A stretch of 64,000 nt of DNA from Neophaeotheca triangularis (lineage: Eukaryota), in NCBI GenBank assembly GCA_054600435.1, contig BAAIJX010000029.1, positions 1 through 64,000 on the forward strand, given 5' to 3'. Of this stretch, positions 12,481-24,800 are shown in pieces (positions within the stretch are counted from its first letter, which is position 1; each line of letters opens with the position of its first letter). Both the position numbers and the translations under genes were made by a program. The notes beneath the pieces were generated by a model, which was not told where the DNA came from, made no database searches, and saw nothing but the letters and a program-made list of their open reading frames with translations.

Positions 12481-14448
12481 ATGTTATCCAAGGCATCTCT
12501 CGCTCTGGGATGCGCCCTCCTTGCGAGCCCAATCCGCGCGATTCCAGCCTTCGAGTCGCCGGCACAGATACCGCTAGACGGCCACGGGCAAGAGCCATCA
12601 GACGGCAGTCTGCACCATGATACTACTACTACTACCCACACCACGACCAAGAAGCGACCCCTGACCGGACGCTTCTTGCACATGACCGACTTCCATCCCG
12701 ATCCCTTCTACAAAGTATACTCCTCCCCCGAGCAAGATACCATCTGTCACCGGGGACATGGGTCGGCCGGTATTTACGGGGCTGAGACCAGCGAGTGCGA
12801 CTCCCCCTTTGACCTCGTCAACCAAACTCTCTCCTGGATCGACCGCGAGCTCAAAGACAAAATCGACTTCATCGTCTGGACCGGCGATTCGGCCCGCCAC
12901 GACAACGACGAGAACAACCCGCGCAACGTCAAACAAGTCACCGAGTTAAACACCTACATGGTGGAGAGCCTGCACAAAATCTTCGGCAACAACCACAACG
13001 ACGACGACGACGATGACCAGAACCCCAACAACGACTTCATCATTCCCATCGTGCCGAACCTGGGTAATAACGACGTCCTTCCCCACAATATCATGGTCCA
13101 GGGCCCGAACAAGTGGACCAAGATCTATTCAAAGCTCTGGCGGCAATTCATCCCCGAAGCGCAGAAACACTCTTTCGAGCAAGGTGGCTGGTTCTACGTC
13201 GAAGTCATCCCCAATAAACTCGCAGTCTTCAGCCTCAACACTCTCTACTTTTTCGACTCCAATTCCGGCGTCGATGGCTGCGCCGCGCACTCCGAGCCGG
13301 GCTACCAGCAAATGGAATGGTTGCGCATTCAGCTGCAATTCTTGCGTGACAGGGGCATGAAAGCTATTCTCTCCGGCCACGTGCCGCCTGCCAGGACTGA
13401 GGCGAAGCGGCAGTGGGATGAGACTTGTTGGCAGAAGTATGCGCTCTGGTTGAGGCAGTATAGAGACGTCGTTGTCACGAGTCTATATGGACATATGAAT
13501 TACGACCATTTCTTCTTGCAGGATTTTGAACAGATCAGGAAGGATACTAGTCAGGGGGAGATGGTGATTGAGGGAGCCGACTGGTGGAAGGAAGAGGAAG
13601 GCGATGGCGAGGATGAAATGCATGCGATGCTTTCTTCCAACTACTTTACCGACTTGCGCAGTCAGTGGTCCAAGATACCAAAGGAGCCAAAATCTCGCGA
13701 CCATTCGGATGCTGAGAGTCAGGCTGCCTTGCTACGGGATATCAGTGACGAGGAACGACCAGACTGGGAAATTGAGCAACTCGTCTCCACCACAAAAAAA
13801 GACAAAAACAAGAAGAAGAAGAAGAACGGCAAGAAGAACAAACAGAAGAAGTACCTCGATAAAATCGGCGGCGAATTCGCAGAAAGATACGCCGCCTCCT
13901 TCGTCAACCCAAGCGTAGTCCCAAACCTCTTCCCCACGCTCAGAGTCTACGAATACAATAACACAGGCCTCTCCGACCACAGCCTCGACGCCGATACCCC
14001 GGAAGCCCCAATCGCAGCCCAAGCACTCCCACCGCAGAAAGATCAGCAACACGCCACCAACAATAACGACCTCACACCCACCAAAAAGAAGAACAAAAAG
14101 AAAAAGCCCCACAACCCCCCTACCAGCCACAAGTCCAAGTTCAACGTCCCCCTTCCACCGCCAAAAACCTCCCCGCCCGGCCCCGCTTATTCCCCCCAAC
14201 CCCTCTCCCTTCTAAAATACACGCAATACTTCGCCAATCTCACGCGCATCAACAACGACACCACTGCCACTCTCAACCACGAACAGCAAGAACCGAGTCC
14301 GGAGGCCTTTGAGTTCGAAGTCCTCTACGACTCGCGGGAAGACGACGTTTACCAGCTCCGCGACCTGACGATCCCTAATGTCGTCGAGCTTGCTAGGAGA
14401 GTTGGGAGGTTCAGGGAGCCTGCGGGCGCGTCTGCTACCGAGAACCAC

Positions 14449-14480
<32 letters not shown>

Positions 14481-14652
14481 TGCCGTGGATGCGGAAAAGA
14501 AAAAGCACAAGAAGAAAAAGCACAGAGGTGGTAAAGGCAAGGGCGATAAACACGACTACAGCGCCCGCAATCTGCCTTGGTATACTTTTGTCCAGAGGGC
14601 TTTTGTCGGGACGCTTGGGCCTGGCGAGGTCAGGGAGGAGTTTGGGCGGTAG
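12481..14652 (+). CDS. PPN1: Endopolyphosphatase (calcineurin-like metallophosphoesterase)
   Basis: GRFLHMTDFHPD, WTGDSARHDND, LGNNDVLPHN, SGHVPP, YGHMNYDHF and PSVVPNLFPTLRVYEYN motifs; hydrophobic N-terminus. Confidence 0.92.
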
Positions 14653-15116
14653 AGAGCGTAGATGAGCTTTTCTTGTCTTTATTCCTTTGCCTTGCATGGT
14701 TGGGCATAGGAAGGGGGAGGGTGCGTGGCGTCTCGGTGGTTTCCTTTCTTGGGTTTGTTGGGTTGCATTGGGCTGGGCGGTGGTTGCGTAGATGGGTGAG
14801 GTATGTTCGCTGGAATGGGGTCTGATATACGGGGGTTGGGTGTTTTCTTGGTTGGGTTTCGGGGCTGAAAGTCTCTTGTTGGGTTGGATGATAGGTATAT
14901 ACCCTCTGCGTTTTTTTTCACTGGCGGTGGATGTGGGTTTGTGTGGATGTGGTCACATAGTCTGGGTCAAGCATTCACCTCGCACGGTCTTTTGTTGTGT
15001 TTTGGTTTTCAAAAGTGAACATGTAAAGTATTCTTGAGTACAGGGTCAGTAAGCTAGCCATGTGCGACAATTTCTATGTTACTCGATGGTGGCCGTAGAC
15101 TGGCGCGGAAAATTGG

Positions 15117-15150
<34 letters not shown>
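15117..15150. repeat. (CT)n microsatellite
   Basis: Near-perfect CT dinucleotide run between the convergent PPN1 and NAT1 3' ends. Confidence 0.9.
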
Positions 15151-15320
15151 TGTCCGTGAAGAAGATACAGACAAGCACGCCTTGGAACGCATTTAGCGCC
15201 GGTAGACTCCCGTCTCGACGCCGCCAGTCCTCGCCAACATCATCACCAGCGACACGCTCTCCAAACACCACCCGGGACTGCCGGCATTGGGTAGCTATCT
15301 TCTTCGCCAATACCGCTCAA

Positions 15321-17888
15321 TCACCGCCGCTGCTGCTGCTGCTGCTGGAAAACAGTCGCCTCCGTCCACCTCTGCCTAGCAGCTTTCAAAAAAGCCTCGC
15401 GCTCCTCCTCGTTAGCCCCAAGCTCGCCCACAGCCACCAGCGCCTCCTTGCCCTCCTCAAGCCCCGCACTAGCCAGCGTAGTAAGCCTTTTCAATTCCTC
15501 CAAGCTCTTGCCCTTCTCTTTGCCCTCGGGATCCAGCGCCTTGCGAGCACGCACAACCGCCAAAACAGCCCCAGCACTCTCCTTGTGAGCGGCGAGGTAT
15601 TGCTCGTTGCGCTCGGCTAGAGGGGTGGAAGGCTGCTTGCTCGTGAAAGTTGCGTCGACGACTTCCTTGACCTTGGGCGGCAGGGGTTCGGACAGCGAGG
15701 CCAGCGCGTGCTGCAAGCGGAGTTCCTGCTCGTGGCACTTGTGGCATTGCGGGTCGATTTCGCGGGCCGCGAGGAGGCATTTCACGGCTGGCAGGAATTT
15801 GCCGCGGCGGAGGTAGACTTCGAAGCCGAGGAGTTGGGAGTCGAGGTTTTGCGGGCTGAGCTCGAGCATGGGGCTGAGGAATTTCATGGCGTGCTCGAGG
15901 GGGTTTTCGCTTTCTTTCTTGAGCAGTTCGAGACCTTCCGGGTCCGTGTCTTCTTTTTTCGTCTCGCCCGCTTCATCGGCTTTGGGTTGCGGTTTCTTGG
16001 CTGCCGCTGCCTTCTTCTCCGCTTCGGCCTTTTCAGCTTCGCGTTTGGCTTTTTTGGCGGCTTTCTTCTTGTCTGCGGCGCTTTCCTCCGTGCCGTTGAC
16101 TTGGCCGTTCTTGATGTTTGCCGCGTTGTCGTGGAGGGTGAGGTAGATTGTTAAAGCCGAGAGGGCGGTGCGAGTGAAGAAGGGGTGTTCGCGCAGGCGG
16201 TCCTCCCAGCGTACCATGTCAACGTAGGCGCGGATCATACCCTTGCGCAGGCTGAAGGTGTGGAAGTCGAATTGGTCCTCTTGCCAGACTTCGAAGATGT
16301 CGTAGAGAGATTTGAAGCGCTTGAGTGCCAGGTTCAGCTTGCCTTGGCGCAGGTAGCTCTCGCCGTCTTCACTGAGATACCACACGCACTGCATGTCGAG
16401 GAGATCGCCCAGAGGACCGCCGACAGCCTCCTTGCGCGTAAACATGCCCATGGTATTAATGGCGTTCTCGGTCTCGTCATTGCGGAGTTGGTATTTGGCG
16501 CATTTGGTGTTGATGTAGCGGTCCTTGGGGTCCATTTCGCGGGCTTCGTTCATGAGTTGCGAGGCTTTGGCAGTGTTGCCCAGGTGCTTTTGTATTCTCG
16601 CACGCGTCATGTGGTAGGTGTAATCGGTGGCTGTGGAGTTCATGGAGATTGCTCGCTCGATGTGTTGCTGCGCTTTGGGAAGGTCGCGGGAGAGGAAGTA
16701 GTTGTAGTGTTGGGCCAGGAAATATTCTATCGCAAGCTCCCAGTGTTGCGAGGTGTCTCCCTTGATTTTCTCAACGTCGCCATTGGGTGCACCGTTACTT
16801 TGGGGCTTCTCCGACGCGTAGCCTTCGACGAGCTCCTGAATAATGTTTTTCTTCTGAGGGTTGCTGTACAGTTGCTTGACGTTTGAGAGAGTGCTAGGGA
16901 CACCTTTATTGAACATGCGCCTTAGGTATCGATCGGCGTGCTCACGGAACATGTCGCCTTCTAGGAAGTCCAGAGGTAACCTCCTTGCAGCATCGACTCT
17001 CGCGCTCTTGTCGGCGTAGCTTTGGTAGAGCTCAATCAACTTTTGATGGTCGTCCTTCCTTTCTCTACTCAGGCCCAGCGCCTTCTCCAGCCCTTCGTAG
17101 TATGCTTTCCGCTCATTGTTCCGTTCCAACAATTTCCTGTATGCGGTCTCTGCCTCTTCTTTCTTGTCCAAACGCAAAAGGTAGTCTGCACGCATATCCA
17201 TAACCGCCGTCCGGTCCAATGCACTCTGATAGCAAGTGTCGAGGTGATCCAACGCCCTTTGAACTTCACCTTCTTCCGCTATTATGCTGTTCTTATACAG
17301 CATAGCCTCGGCATGCTCCATGTCCTTCTTCGACGGCGGCTCCTTCAGCGTCTCCTCGTACTTCTGCAAGATACCCTCAGCCGCCGAAAGGTCCCCAGCC
17401 AGATGATGTGCGATCGCCATGGCCGTCCAGTTCTGTCTGAAAGCAGGCTTAGCCTTTAGCATCTGCAGCCGACTTTGCACGAAGCCTTGGTAGTCCCTCA
17501 TCTGCACTTGCAGCAGTGCCAAATCTCGCTGTATCTGCGCCGACTCGGGCTCAAGCTTCAGCGCGAATTTGTAGGCCTTGATCGCCTCGTCGTAGTTCTT
17601 GACACTGCGGTAGAGCAAACCGTAGACGTGCCAACAGACGTGGGACCTCATCTTCGAGTTGGTCAGGGCGGTTTTGCAGAGATCAAAGGCTTCGTCCTGT
17701 TTTCCCATGTTGTTCAGGATCAGCGCCTTCATGGCCTGAGTGTCGCCATGTTGGGGGCTTTTCCTCAGGATTTGCTCGGCAGCCTTGATGCCCTTTTTGT
17801 ATTGCTTCGTCTCATAGTTCTGGACCAAATGCCGGAAGAGCGTTTGCTCCTTGGAACCAAGGACTTGGTTGTCCTGCTTTTGCGCCAT
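15321..17888 (-). CDS. NAT1: N-terminal acetyltransferase A auxiliary subunit (Naa15)
   Basis: TPR-rich N-terminus (YETKQYKKGIK, SHVCWHVYGLLYRS), DRYINTKCAKYQLR, DQFDFHTFSLRKG and a Lys/Ala-rich basic helix; 855 aa, intronless. Confidence 0.96.
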   Translation of the reverse strand: MAQKQDNQVLGSKEQTLFRHLVQNYETKQYKKGIKAAEQILRKSPQHGDTQAMKALILNNMGKQDEAFDLCKTALTNSKMRSHVCWHVYGLLYRSVKNYDEAIKAYKFALKLEPESAQIQRDLALLQVQMRDYQGFVQSRLQMLKAKPAFRQNWTAMAIAHHLAGDLSAAEGILQKYEETLKEPPSKKDMEHAEAMLYKNSIIAEEGEVQRALDHLDTCYQSALDRTAVMDMRADYLLRLDKKEEAETAYRKLLERNNERKAYYEGLEKALGLSRERKDDHQKLIELYQSYADKSARVDAARRLPLDFLEGDMFREHADRYLRRMFNKGVPSTLSNVKQLYSNPQKKNIIQELVEGYASEKPQSNGAPNGDVEKIKGDTSQHWELAIEYFLAQHYNYFLSRDLPKAQQHIERAISMNSTATDYTYHMTRARIQKHLGNTAKASQLMNEAREMDPKDRYINTKCAKYQLRNDETENAINTMGMFTRKEAVGGPLGDLLDMQCVWYLSEDGESYLRQGKLNLALKRFKSLYDIFEVWQEDQFDFHTFSLRKGMIRAYVDMVRWEDRLREHPFFTRTALSALTIYLTLHDNAANIKNGQVNGTEESAADKKKAAKKAKREAEKAEAEKKAAAAKKPQPKADEAGETKKEDTDPEGLELLKKESENPLEHAMKFLSPMLELSPQNLDSQLLGFEVYLRRGKFLPAVKCLLAAREIDPQCHKCHEQELRLQHALASLSEPLPPKVKEVVDATFTSKQPSTPLAERNEQYLAAHKESAGAVLAVVRARKALDPEGKEKGKSLEELKRLTTLASAGLEEGKEALVAVGELGANEEEREAFLKAARQRWTEATVFQQQQQQRR

Positions 17889-18455
17889 GGTGGTGGGTAG
17901 GGTAAATCAACAGGGCTCTTTTTACGATGCGCTGGTCGGGGGGTCCGATGTGTATTGTTGGTCTGTACGCTGAGAACGCTCAATAACAGGACCTCATCAC
18001 TGGCGCGAAATGCAGACGACTTGAGGATACTGGACAACGGTGTATGCGCGAGATGTGGTTGAGGGGTGATCTGAAGCGAATGGCTTGTGCGGTTGAAGCT
18101 TTGAAGTCTGAAGAGCCGCTCCGCGAAATGCCAAGAAATACACAATGTATATGCTCAAGGGGTGTCGTCTTCACTTTGCCGCGCTCAAGATAATTAACGA
18201 TATTAGTAGCCTTTTGAACGATGTAGCATGAATGAAGTGAAGGCATGACAGATGCCGTCACGATTTCATACAGCACTGACGACCTTACATTACTTGTCTT
18301 TCCGTAGTATTCATCATTGGATGTCGTCGATAAGTAGTACATAAAAGTACGATTACGTTCTCAAGCTACAAGTGTCTATTCTTCCATACAGCTATGTCAA
18401 GTGTCATAAATCCAGTGTCTATAAGGACTTGCGCCCCAGGGGTATCAAAAATCCG

Positions 18456-19766
18456 CTACTTGCCCCTCGTCCGTGTCGACCGTCTCTCGCCAGGGGTCGG
18501 TACCTTCTCTGCCTTCTTGGTCTTAGCCTGTTTCGATTTCTGTGAAGCTTTCGCCGCCTTCGGCTCTTCTTGCTCGATCGCACCACTGTCTGCAGGCTCC
18601 TCAGCTTTCTCGTTCAAATCAGCTTTGCTTCCTCTACCAGCTTTGCCCTTGTTTGTTTGAGGTTTAGCCACTGGTTCTGCCTCTTCCGACTCGGTCTTCG
18701 TCTTCTTCGAGCGCGACGTTCTCGTTGGCTTTTTCTCGACCTCCTCTTGCCTGACATTTTGCTTGACGTCTTCATCTGCAGCATCATCGTCCTTGGCCTT
18801 GCGCTTCCCTCGTGGAGCAGGTTTCTCCTTGGTTCTTCCTTCCGCGTCACTTGCAACATCCCCAGCCACGGGCGCCGTCTTCTTCTGCACCGTCGGTACA
18901 ATGGCACTTGTCCTGCCGCCAACCTTGAGATGCACAATCTTCTCCCCATTAGGCAGCACATTCTTGTCCTTCTTCCCAGCATCCCACCGGTACTTCATAA
19001 GCCAATTCTCGGGAAACTGTGTCGAGTCCGCCAGCGTCCCTACCGCCGTCGAGCAAACCCCAATGAGCGCGTCATGCAATCGCTTGATTTGCTCCTCGCC
19101 GAAAGTATTACTATACTGCTCCGGGTGTATCCTCGCCTGATACAAAACCTCGTCCGCAACCCAGTTGCCTACGCCACTCAGGTTCGCCTGATCTAACAGC
19201 AGTGCCTTGACCGGCACCCGCTTCCTCCCTAGCAGCTCTCCTAACCATTCCACAGTAACAACATCCCGATCAATAACCGGATCAGGGCCATTCTCCTTTA
19301 ACGGACTCTGATTCCTAATATCCCCGGCCCCACACTCCACAAGCCTGATCCTCGCCAACCGCCGCGCATCCACAAAGGCAACCTCTACCGCCTCCTTCTC
19401 CCCCTCAGCCTCGCACTTAAGCAGAAACTTCATGTACTTGGGCGGCCACTCCTGCTCACCCCGCTCTACCTCCTTCGCCTGCTTGTAATACGCAGTATCC
19501 TCGGTACTGAACTTGACCCACCCCGTCATCCCCAAGTGCATAACGGCGTGCGGAGGCGACGAGAACGTCATGTAGAAGTATTTGCCCTGTTGGCCCACGC
19601 CCGTGACTTTCTTGTTCGTGACGGCCGATTGGAAGGCTTTGGCGGAGGTTCCGACTTTGCCGTAGACGATATCATCGTCGAAACCCTCACAGATCTTGAT
19701 TGTGCGATTGACAAGGTGTCGTCGGATGGCGTCGACGACACGGGCGACTTCACCGATTTCGGGCAT
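18456..19766 (-). CDS. Formamidopyrimidine-DNA glycosylase (fungal/plant Fpg/MutM type, zincless finger)
   Basis: N-terminal MPEIGEV catalytic Pro-Glu, GKYF, HLGMTG, H2TH motif KALLLDQANLSGVGNWVADEVLYQARIHP, GGRTS, and a charged low-complexity C-tail. Confidence 0.93.
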   Translation of the reverse strand: MPEIGEVARVVDAIRRHLVNRTIKICEGFDDDIVYGKVGTSAKAFQSAVTNKKVTGVGQQGKYFYMTFSSPPHAVMHLGMTGWVKFSTEDTAYYKQAKEVERGEQEWPPKYMKFLLKCEAEGEKEAVEVAFVDARRLARIRLVECGAGDIRNQSPLKENGPDPVIDRDVVTVEWLGELLGRKRVPVKALLLDQANLSGVGNWVADEVLYQARIHPEQYSNTFGEEQIKRLHDALIGVCSTAVGTLADSTQFPENWLMKYRWDAGKKDKNVLPNGEKIVHLKVGGRTSAIVPTVQKKTAPVAGDVASDAEGRTKEKPAPRGKRKAKDDDAADEDVKQNVRQEEVEKKPTRTSRSKKTKTESEEAEPVAKPQTNKGKAGRGSKADLNEKAEEPADSGAIEQEEPKAAKASQKSKQAKTKKAEKVPTPGERRSTRTRGK

Positions 19767-20628
19767 GGCGAATGGGTTGCAGGCGACTCAAGCGCCTTTG
19801 GTAGGGAGTGGAGAGGAGGTCTTGATGAATGTGTAGAGAGGTTGCGACAGCTGCCTCGAATGCATCCAGCCAGTTGCGACGCGTTTCAACAGCTGGAGGC
19901 GACGCGCCGCGTGACGTAGAGGTACTGTGCTTGTCCTTCGGGTCAGAGTTGGGGTTCAACCCGTATGGGCTCACGGTGTGCCGAGCATTATCCGGGGCTG
20001 GTGGTGTGTTTTGATTGATTTTATATGCCCTCCGTTCGCTTGGAAAGCATTGGTTGTATTTGGTATGGGGTTGATTGGTACACATTCGCCAGTAATATTA
20101 CTTTTCTCTAAAGCTGTGGCACCGGTGAACAAAAGCTTGACACCCTACTCGAGCTCACTTCTGTCTTTTGAACTCCCGCATTCATCCGTCGCTTGCCCGG
20201 GCTATTTTCATGACATATGGAGCAGCCTGACTCTCTTCACGGACATCAATGAATCTGATGTCGAGGTTTATTCAGTGTTCGTCACCATTTAACTCGTTCC
20301 TGTGATGAGAGGGTCCGCTAGGAACATTCACTTCGCGCGTCCACAAGCTAGCACGAACTGCTTGCGGATTCTTTACAGCCAACGAAGCAAAGACATGAGC
20401 CACGGCCCGCGCAATCCGCGGGAGCTTTTCTCGACGTCATCCGGCTCCTCTTCAGCCCTAAGACCACTTGGGCAGACCGTAAGCGCCAACCTTCAATGGC
20501 TTCAAATTGCGCCGGACTGCCGGTCCCCGATCTCCTCAGTCTCGATGCTCACCCTACTACTGTCGACCGCTGCTCCTAGGTAGCCCCCGACGCCGCACCA
20601 CTGCACCACCTCCTCCGTCTACCCAGTC

Positions 20629-21882
20629 ATGGCGCCCTCAGACGAGTACCTCTCAACAGCTCGCTCCCTAGCCCTCCCCCTTGACGAGCCAGATGCCCGC
20701 TCACACTCTCCACCACTCCACCACCCACAGCCGCACCGCCCCTCGCAAACCCCAGCCTGGCAGCGCCGCTCCTTGTCCACCAACCACCTAAGCCATCAAA
20801 CCTCGCACCTCCGGCCGCAAACCCGTCAAGACCGCTGGCTCCAGAAGAGCGAACAGCTCGGCCGACAAACAATCCAAACCTTCCAAAACCTGAAAACCTG
20901 GCAAAAGTACGCGCTCGCTTTCTTCGTCTTGCAGGCGATTGTCGGGCTCGTGGTGTTCTCCATCTACCACGAGCGGATATTCGCGACGTTGGTGCCGTTC
21001 GTAAAGAAATGGCGTGATCAGCGGGCTGGATGGTTGATTCTTTGGATATTGACGTTTACTGTTTCTTTCCCGCCGTTGATCGGGTATAGTACTTGCATTA
21101 CTATTGCCGGACTGGTGTACGGGATGAAGGGGTGGTTCGTGGTAGCGAGTGCGACGGTTTTGGGGTCGACGTGCTCGTTTATCGTGAGTAGGGGCGTTTT
21201 GCGGAAGTGGGTGCAGAAGTGGGTGGCTGGGGATAAAAGGTTCGAGGCTGTGAGTTTGGTCCTGAAGCATGATGGGTTGAAATTGCTTGTTATGATACGG
21301 CTGTGCCCATTGCCATACTCGTTGGGCAATGGAGGGATCAGTACTATTCCGACTGTTACGTGGCAGAATTTCATGCTGGCAACGGCGATTGCGAGTCCGA
21401 GACTGTTATTGCATATTTTCGTGGGCGCAAGATTAGGGGATTTGATGGAGAGTGGGGACGAAATGGGGTTTGGAACGCGGATGGTTAGCTATTTGAGTAT
21501 CCTGATTGGAATGGCTGCTGGTGTTGCAACGGGGTGGTTCATGTACACAAAGACCAAGGCGAGGGCCGAGCAGCTTGAAGCTGAGGAGGCGGCGGAGACA
21601 GGGCAAGCAGGGAGGAGATCTAGTGATGCGCCGCCGACCGGACATTACATTGATGATGAAGAAGACGACAACCGGGTCTTAGGCAGTCGTGTCCCGGGAA
21701 TGAAGAGGGGTGATGATGATATCAGCCTGCATTCAAACTACCACGATGACGAGGATTATAGAGGTTACCGAGACGACGAGGCGGACGAAGACGCCAGAGA
21801 ACGCGATCCCTTCTCAGATGGCGATGGTCTCCCCGTTAGCGATGCTGATGAGGAACGAGATGCTTGGAAATCGGCGCGATGA
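20629..21882 (+). CDS. TVP38: Golgi membrane protein Tvp38 (SNARE-associated/DedA family)
   Basis: SFPPLIGYS, LGSTCSFIVSR and IRLCPLPYSLGNG motifs; multiple TM segments; acidic C-tail. Confidence 0.9.
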   Translation: MAPSDEYLSTARSLALPLDEPDARSHSPPLHHPQPHRPSQTPAWQRRSLSTNHLSHQTSHLRPQTRQDRWLQKSEQLGRQTIQTFQNLKTWQKYALAFFVLQAIVGLVVFSIYHERIFATLVPFVKKWRDQRAGWLILWILTFTVSFPPLIGYSTCITIAGLVYGMKGWFVVASATVLGSTCSFIVSRGVLRKWVQKWVAGDKRFEAVSLVLKHDGLKLLVMIRLCPLPYSLGNGGISTIPTVTWQNFMLATAIASPRLLLHIFVGARLGDLMESGDEMGFGTRMVSYLSILIGMAAGVATGWFMYTKTKARAEQLEAEEAAETGQAGRRSSDAPPTGHYIDDEEDDNRVLGSRVPGMKRGDDDISLHSNYHDDEDYRGYRDDEADEDARERDPFSDGDGLPVSDADEERDAWKSAR

Positions 21883-24800
21883 TATAGCAGAGGCAAGATA
21901 GATTCGATTTATCCAGCAAACCGTGGCACAAGAACAGTGGGGACTTGGATGTAGACTGCCTAAGAAAGGCTCCCTGGAATATCCACTTGCTATTGGCAGA
22001 CGTGAACATATCAAACCGTACCACATTTGCACACGTCTACTGAGGCAACGCATAGGCAATGTTCCTGGCAACCTTCTGGCCTGGCTCTGGGCTCTTGTCT
22101 TCGCTGAAGAATGGGGACGAAATTACATTTTACCTCGAGAATCAAGACGCTGTTGACGACCTTCATAAAGCTCGTGACATGTAGTCAGGTACTCAGAGTA
22201 CTACGACCGGAAGTAGCCTCTGATGGTAGTACTAGGCAGCCGGAAACCGACTTCGCCCATTATAGGAAGACATGTAGGTAGCGAGCGAGTTAAGCCGACT
22301 TTTCATAACCAGAGCCCTCTCTTAAGAGATGAAGTAAGTAGTCGGGCGATAAAGTTTCTTCTGTTGATTCCCCGGGCCTTCTAGGCCGTCTGTCTGAACT
22401 CATCAACAGCCCCGAGCAGAAGAGATAAGCTCTTGTTAAAAGTCAGCCAGTCAAATGAACCACCAGGAAGACGAGCAAGGTGACAACCACCACCTCAAAG
22501 AGCGATTCACCGACCTGGAAGCCCACCAGCACGGCGATATTAACCGAAACCGAGTCTCCCAGACTCATGCCCCTATACGCAATCGACTCACTCACCCACT
22601 CAACCAGGAGCTTCACTTCACCCTCCTCCCGCCACCACAAGACCCGTGAGCCCCAAAGCGCAAACCGAGAAGCCCCCAAACAGAAGTCGCGCACACCCAA
22701 TGCGAATACCGGACCTTCCCAACGGCGCTCTCGCAACACAACAAGCCCCATTAACGTCCCCTGCTCGTGTTGCTTCACAGCCATCTCTGCCAGCAACCCC
22801 CGTGATCCCGAAACGAGCTCGCGGTCGAGGGGCTACGAGCGATGAAGAGACTGCTGCCCCCTTCGAGAAGGAGTGCCGGACGCAGGGGAGGTTTAGTTTC
22901 TATGCCAGGGCTTGGGTGAGGGGGACGTGGAGTCCGAGTCAAGGGATGCTGTGGAGGGTTGGTGAGAAGGGGGAGGGTGAAGAGGGGGAAGATGGCGGGG
23001 CTAGGTGAAGGCTTCGTGAAGGGCAAATTGAGGGCGATGGGGGAAGAGGTGGAGTGGCGGCTGCGTCCAGGATGCTGGCAAGAGTGAGTCGCGCAGGGTT
23101 GTGGTGGTTGAGGGTTGCAGGCTGGTGGCTGCCGAGGGGGTACTTTTGGATTCTGCCAACGACTGTTTCTCATGACATGCGTCGTCCTTCGCTTCACGTT
23201 AGCATCACGGTCGGCTTCAAGCTTTGGTTTTGACCCCTGCGAAGGCGTCGCGTCCTCGCTGTCTTGACGCTGGGGCTGGCGCAACGACGCCCTGATTATT
23301 GCAATCGTCGCCGTTCGACTTCTTGTAATACGATTATACGGACCGCTGGCAACAGAGTCCCGCTACGATTTCGTCGCATTCTTCTCGATGCCTGTCGTGC
23401 GGAATCTGAGTTACTGAGAAGCCCATGCCTCTTGCGACTTGTACTTCATTTCTGCGCCTCTGCTACGGGCTGGCTTACTTTATTTCAACAGGCTCTTCGG
23501 CCTCCCGCCTAGTAAGGTCCCATCACGACACGCGGCTGAGTATCGGGGCGTGCCTCTTCGGCTCTTCATTCTCTTCTTTCATGATTGTTACAATCGATTG
23601 ATGCTTCTAAACGACCCTTTGCTCTGCTCACGGCCGCAGTCGAGGTCGAAATCATGATCGCATCATGCTTGCGAGCCGTGTCTCCTGGTATGGAGATGCG
23701 ATGGAACGCTATGGAGCTTCACCTTAGAACACGCCTCTCAAAGAACCTCCAGTGGAGGCGAAGGGAAAAATGTCACGATAAGAGCCTGATTCATTGCAGC
23801 GGCAGAGAGCTGGAGCAAGACCGGTGTCGTACCTCGTCTCCCCCTCGGAAGCGGTAAACTGCGGTTCTTGTCTCCCCCTACCACCTCCCAAGGCTGAAAC
23901 ATTTCCCCATGGCTGGATAAGAAGGTCGCCCTGGACAGATGGCGCTTCACGAAAACGCAACGCAAAGCGTTCCCATGCGAGCCCGCACGACCATCCACCT
24001 TTCCAATCAACTAGACGTGCAAATTACACATCCGTGTCCAATACGCCAAAGCTCCCTTCTAACAACCAACCCTGCTCCAATCGCACCCATCAAACCACAC
24101 CGCCACCAGACCAAAAGAGCGCAACAGCCCAACTCCAACCCAACCAACTCCCCCAAGCACCCTCTGAATCTGAGCCCCCGAGAAAACCGCACCCCAAGCA
24201 ACCCGCCCAAACGCAAACCACAGCACCCCCAAACCCGGCCCGAAAGCAACGCCAAAACCAACACCGACACCGACACCATCAACACCAGCGCTGGAACTCA
24301 GCATCAAGACTCCAACTCAAACCCCCACCCAATACTAACCACGACCTATCGCGCGAGCCCCGTTGTCGCGCGACAACGACAAACCAACCTGTACCCTGTA
24401 AACAGTGAAGTGTTTCAACCATGGGTCAACATTGGAAGCTACCTAAGCAGGGTCCAAGGAGCCGGGTCTGCGGCGCTCTAGACCTGGCTTATGGGGTACC
24501 GTACTACTTATCATGCTTTTCGGGGATTAGTCGCGGGGATGCGGGGGGCGGAAGCCGAGGGTATTCCATTGTTGGATGTGGACACTGGATGGGGATGGAG
24601 GGTTGTGGAGTGGTGGCGGAGGACAGTGTGGTGACAATTTGTGACGGTGAGTTTAATCGGTAGTAAGGTGTCCACGGGTTTGTTTGTTGGATGCATGACG
24701 ACTACACGACTACTACTGTGAGCAGGAGAATGGTAGCTTGAGCGGTTAATAATGAATGGAGAAGTAGTAATCAGCAAATGCCGCCGATCACTATCCCCTC

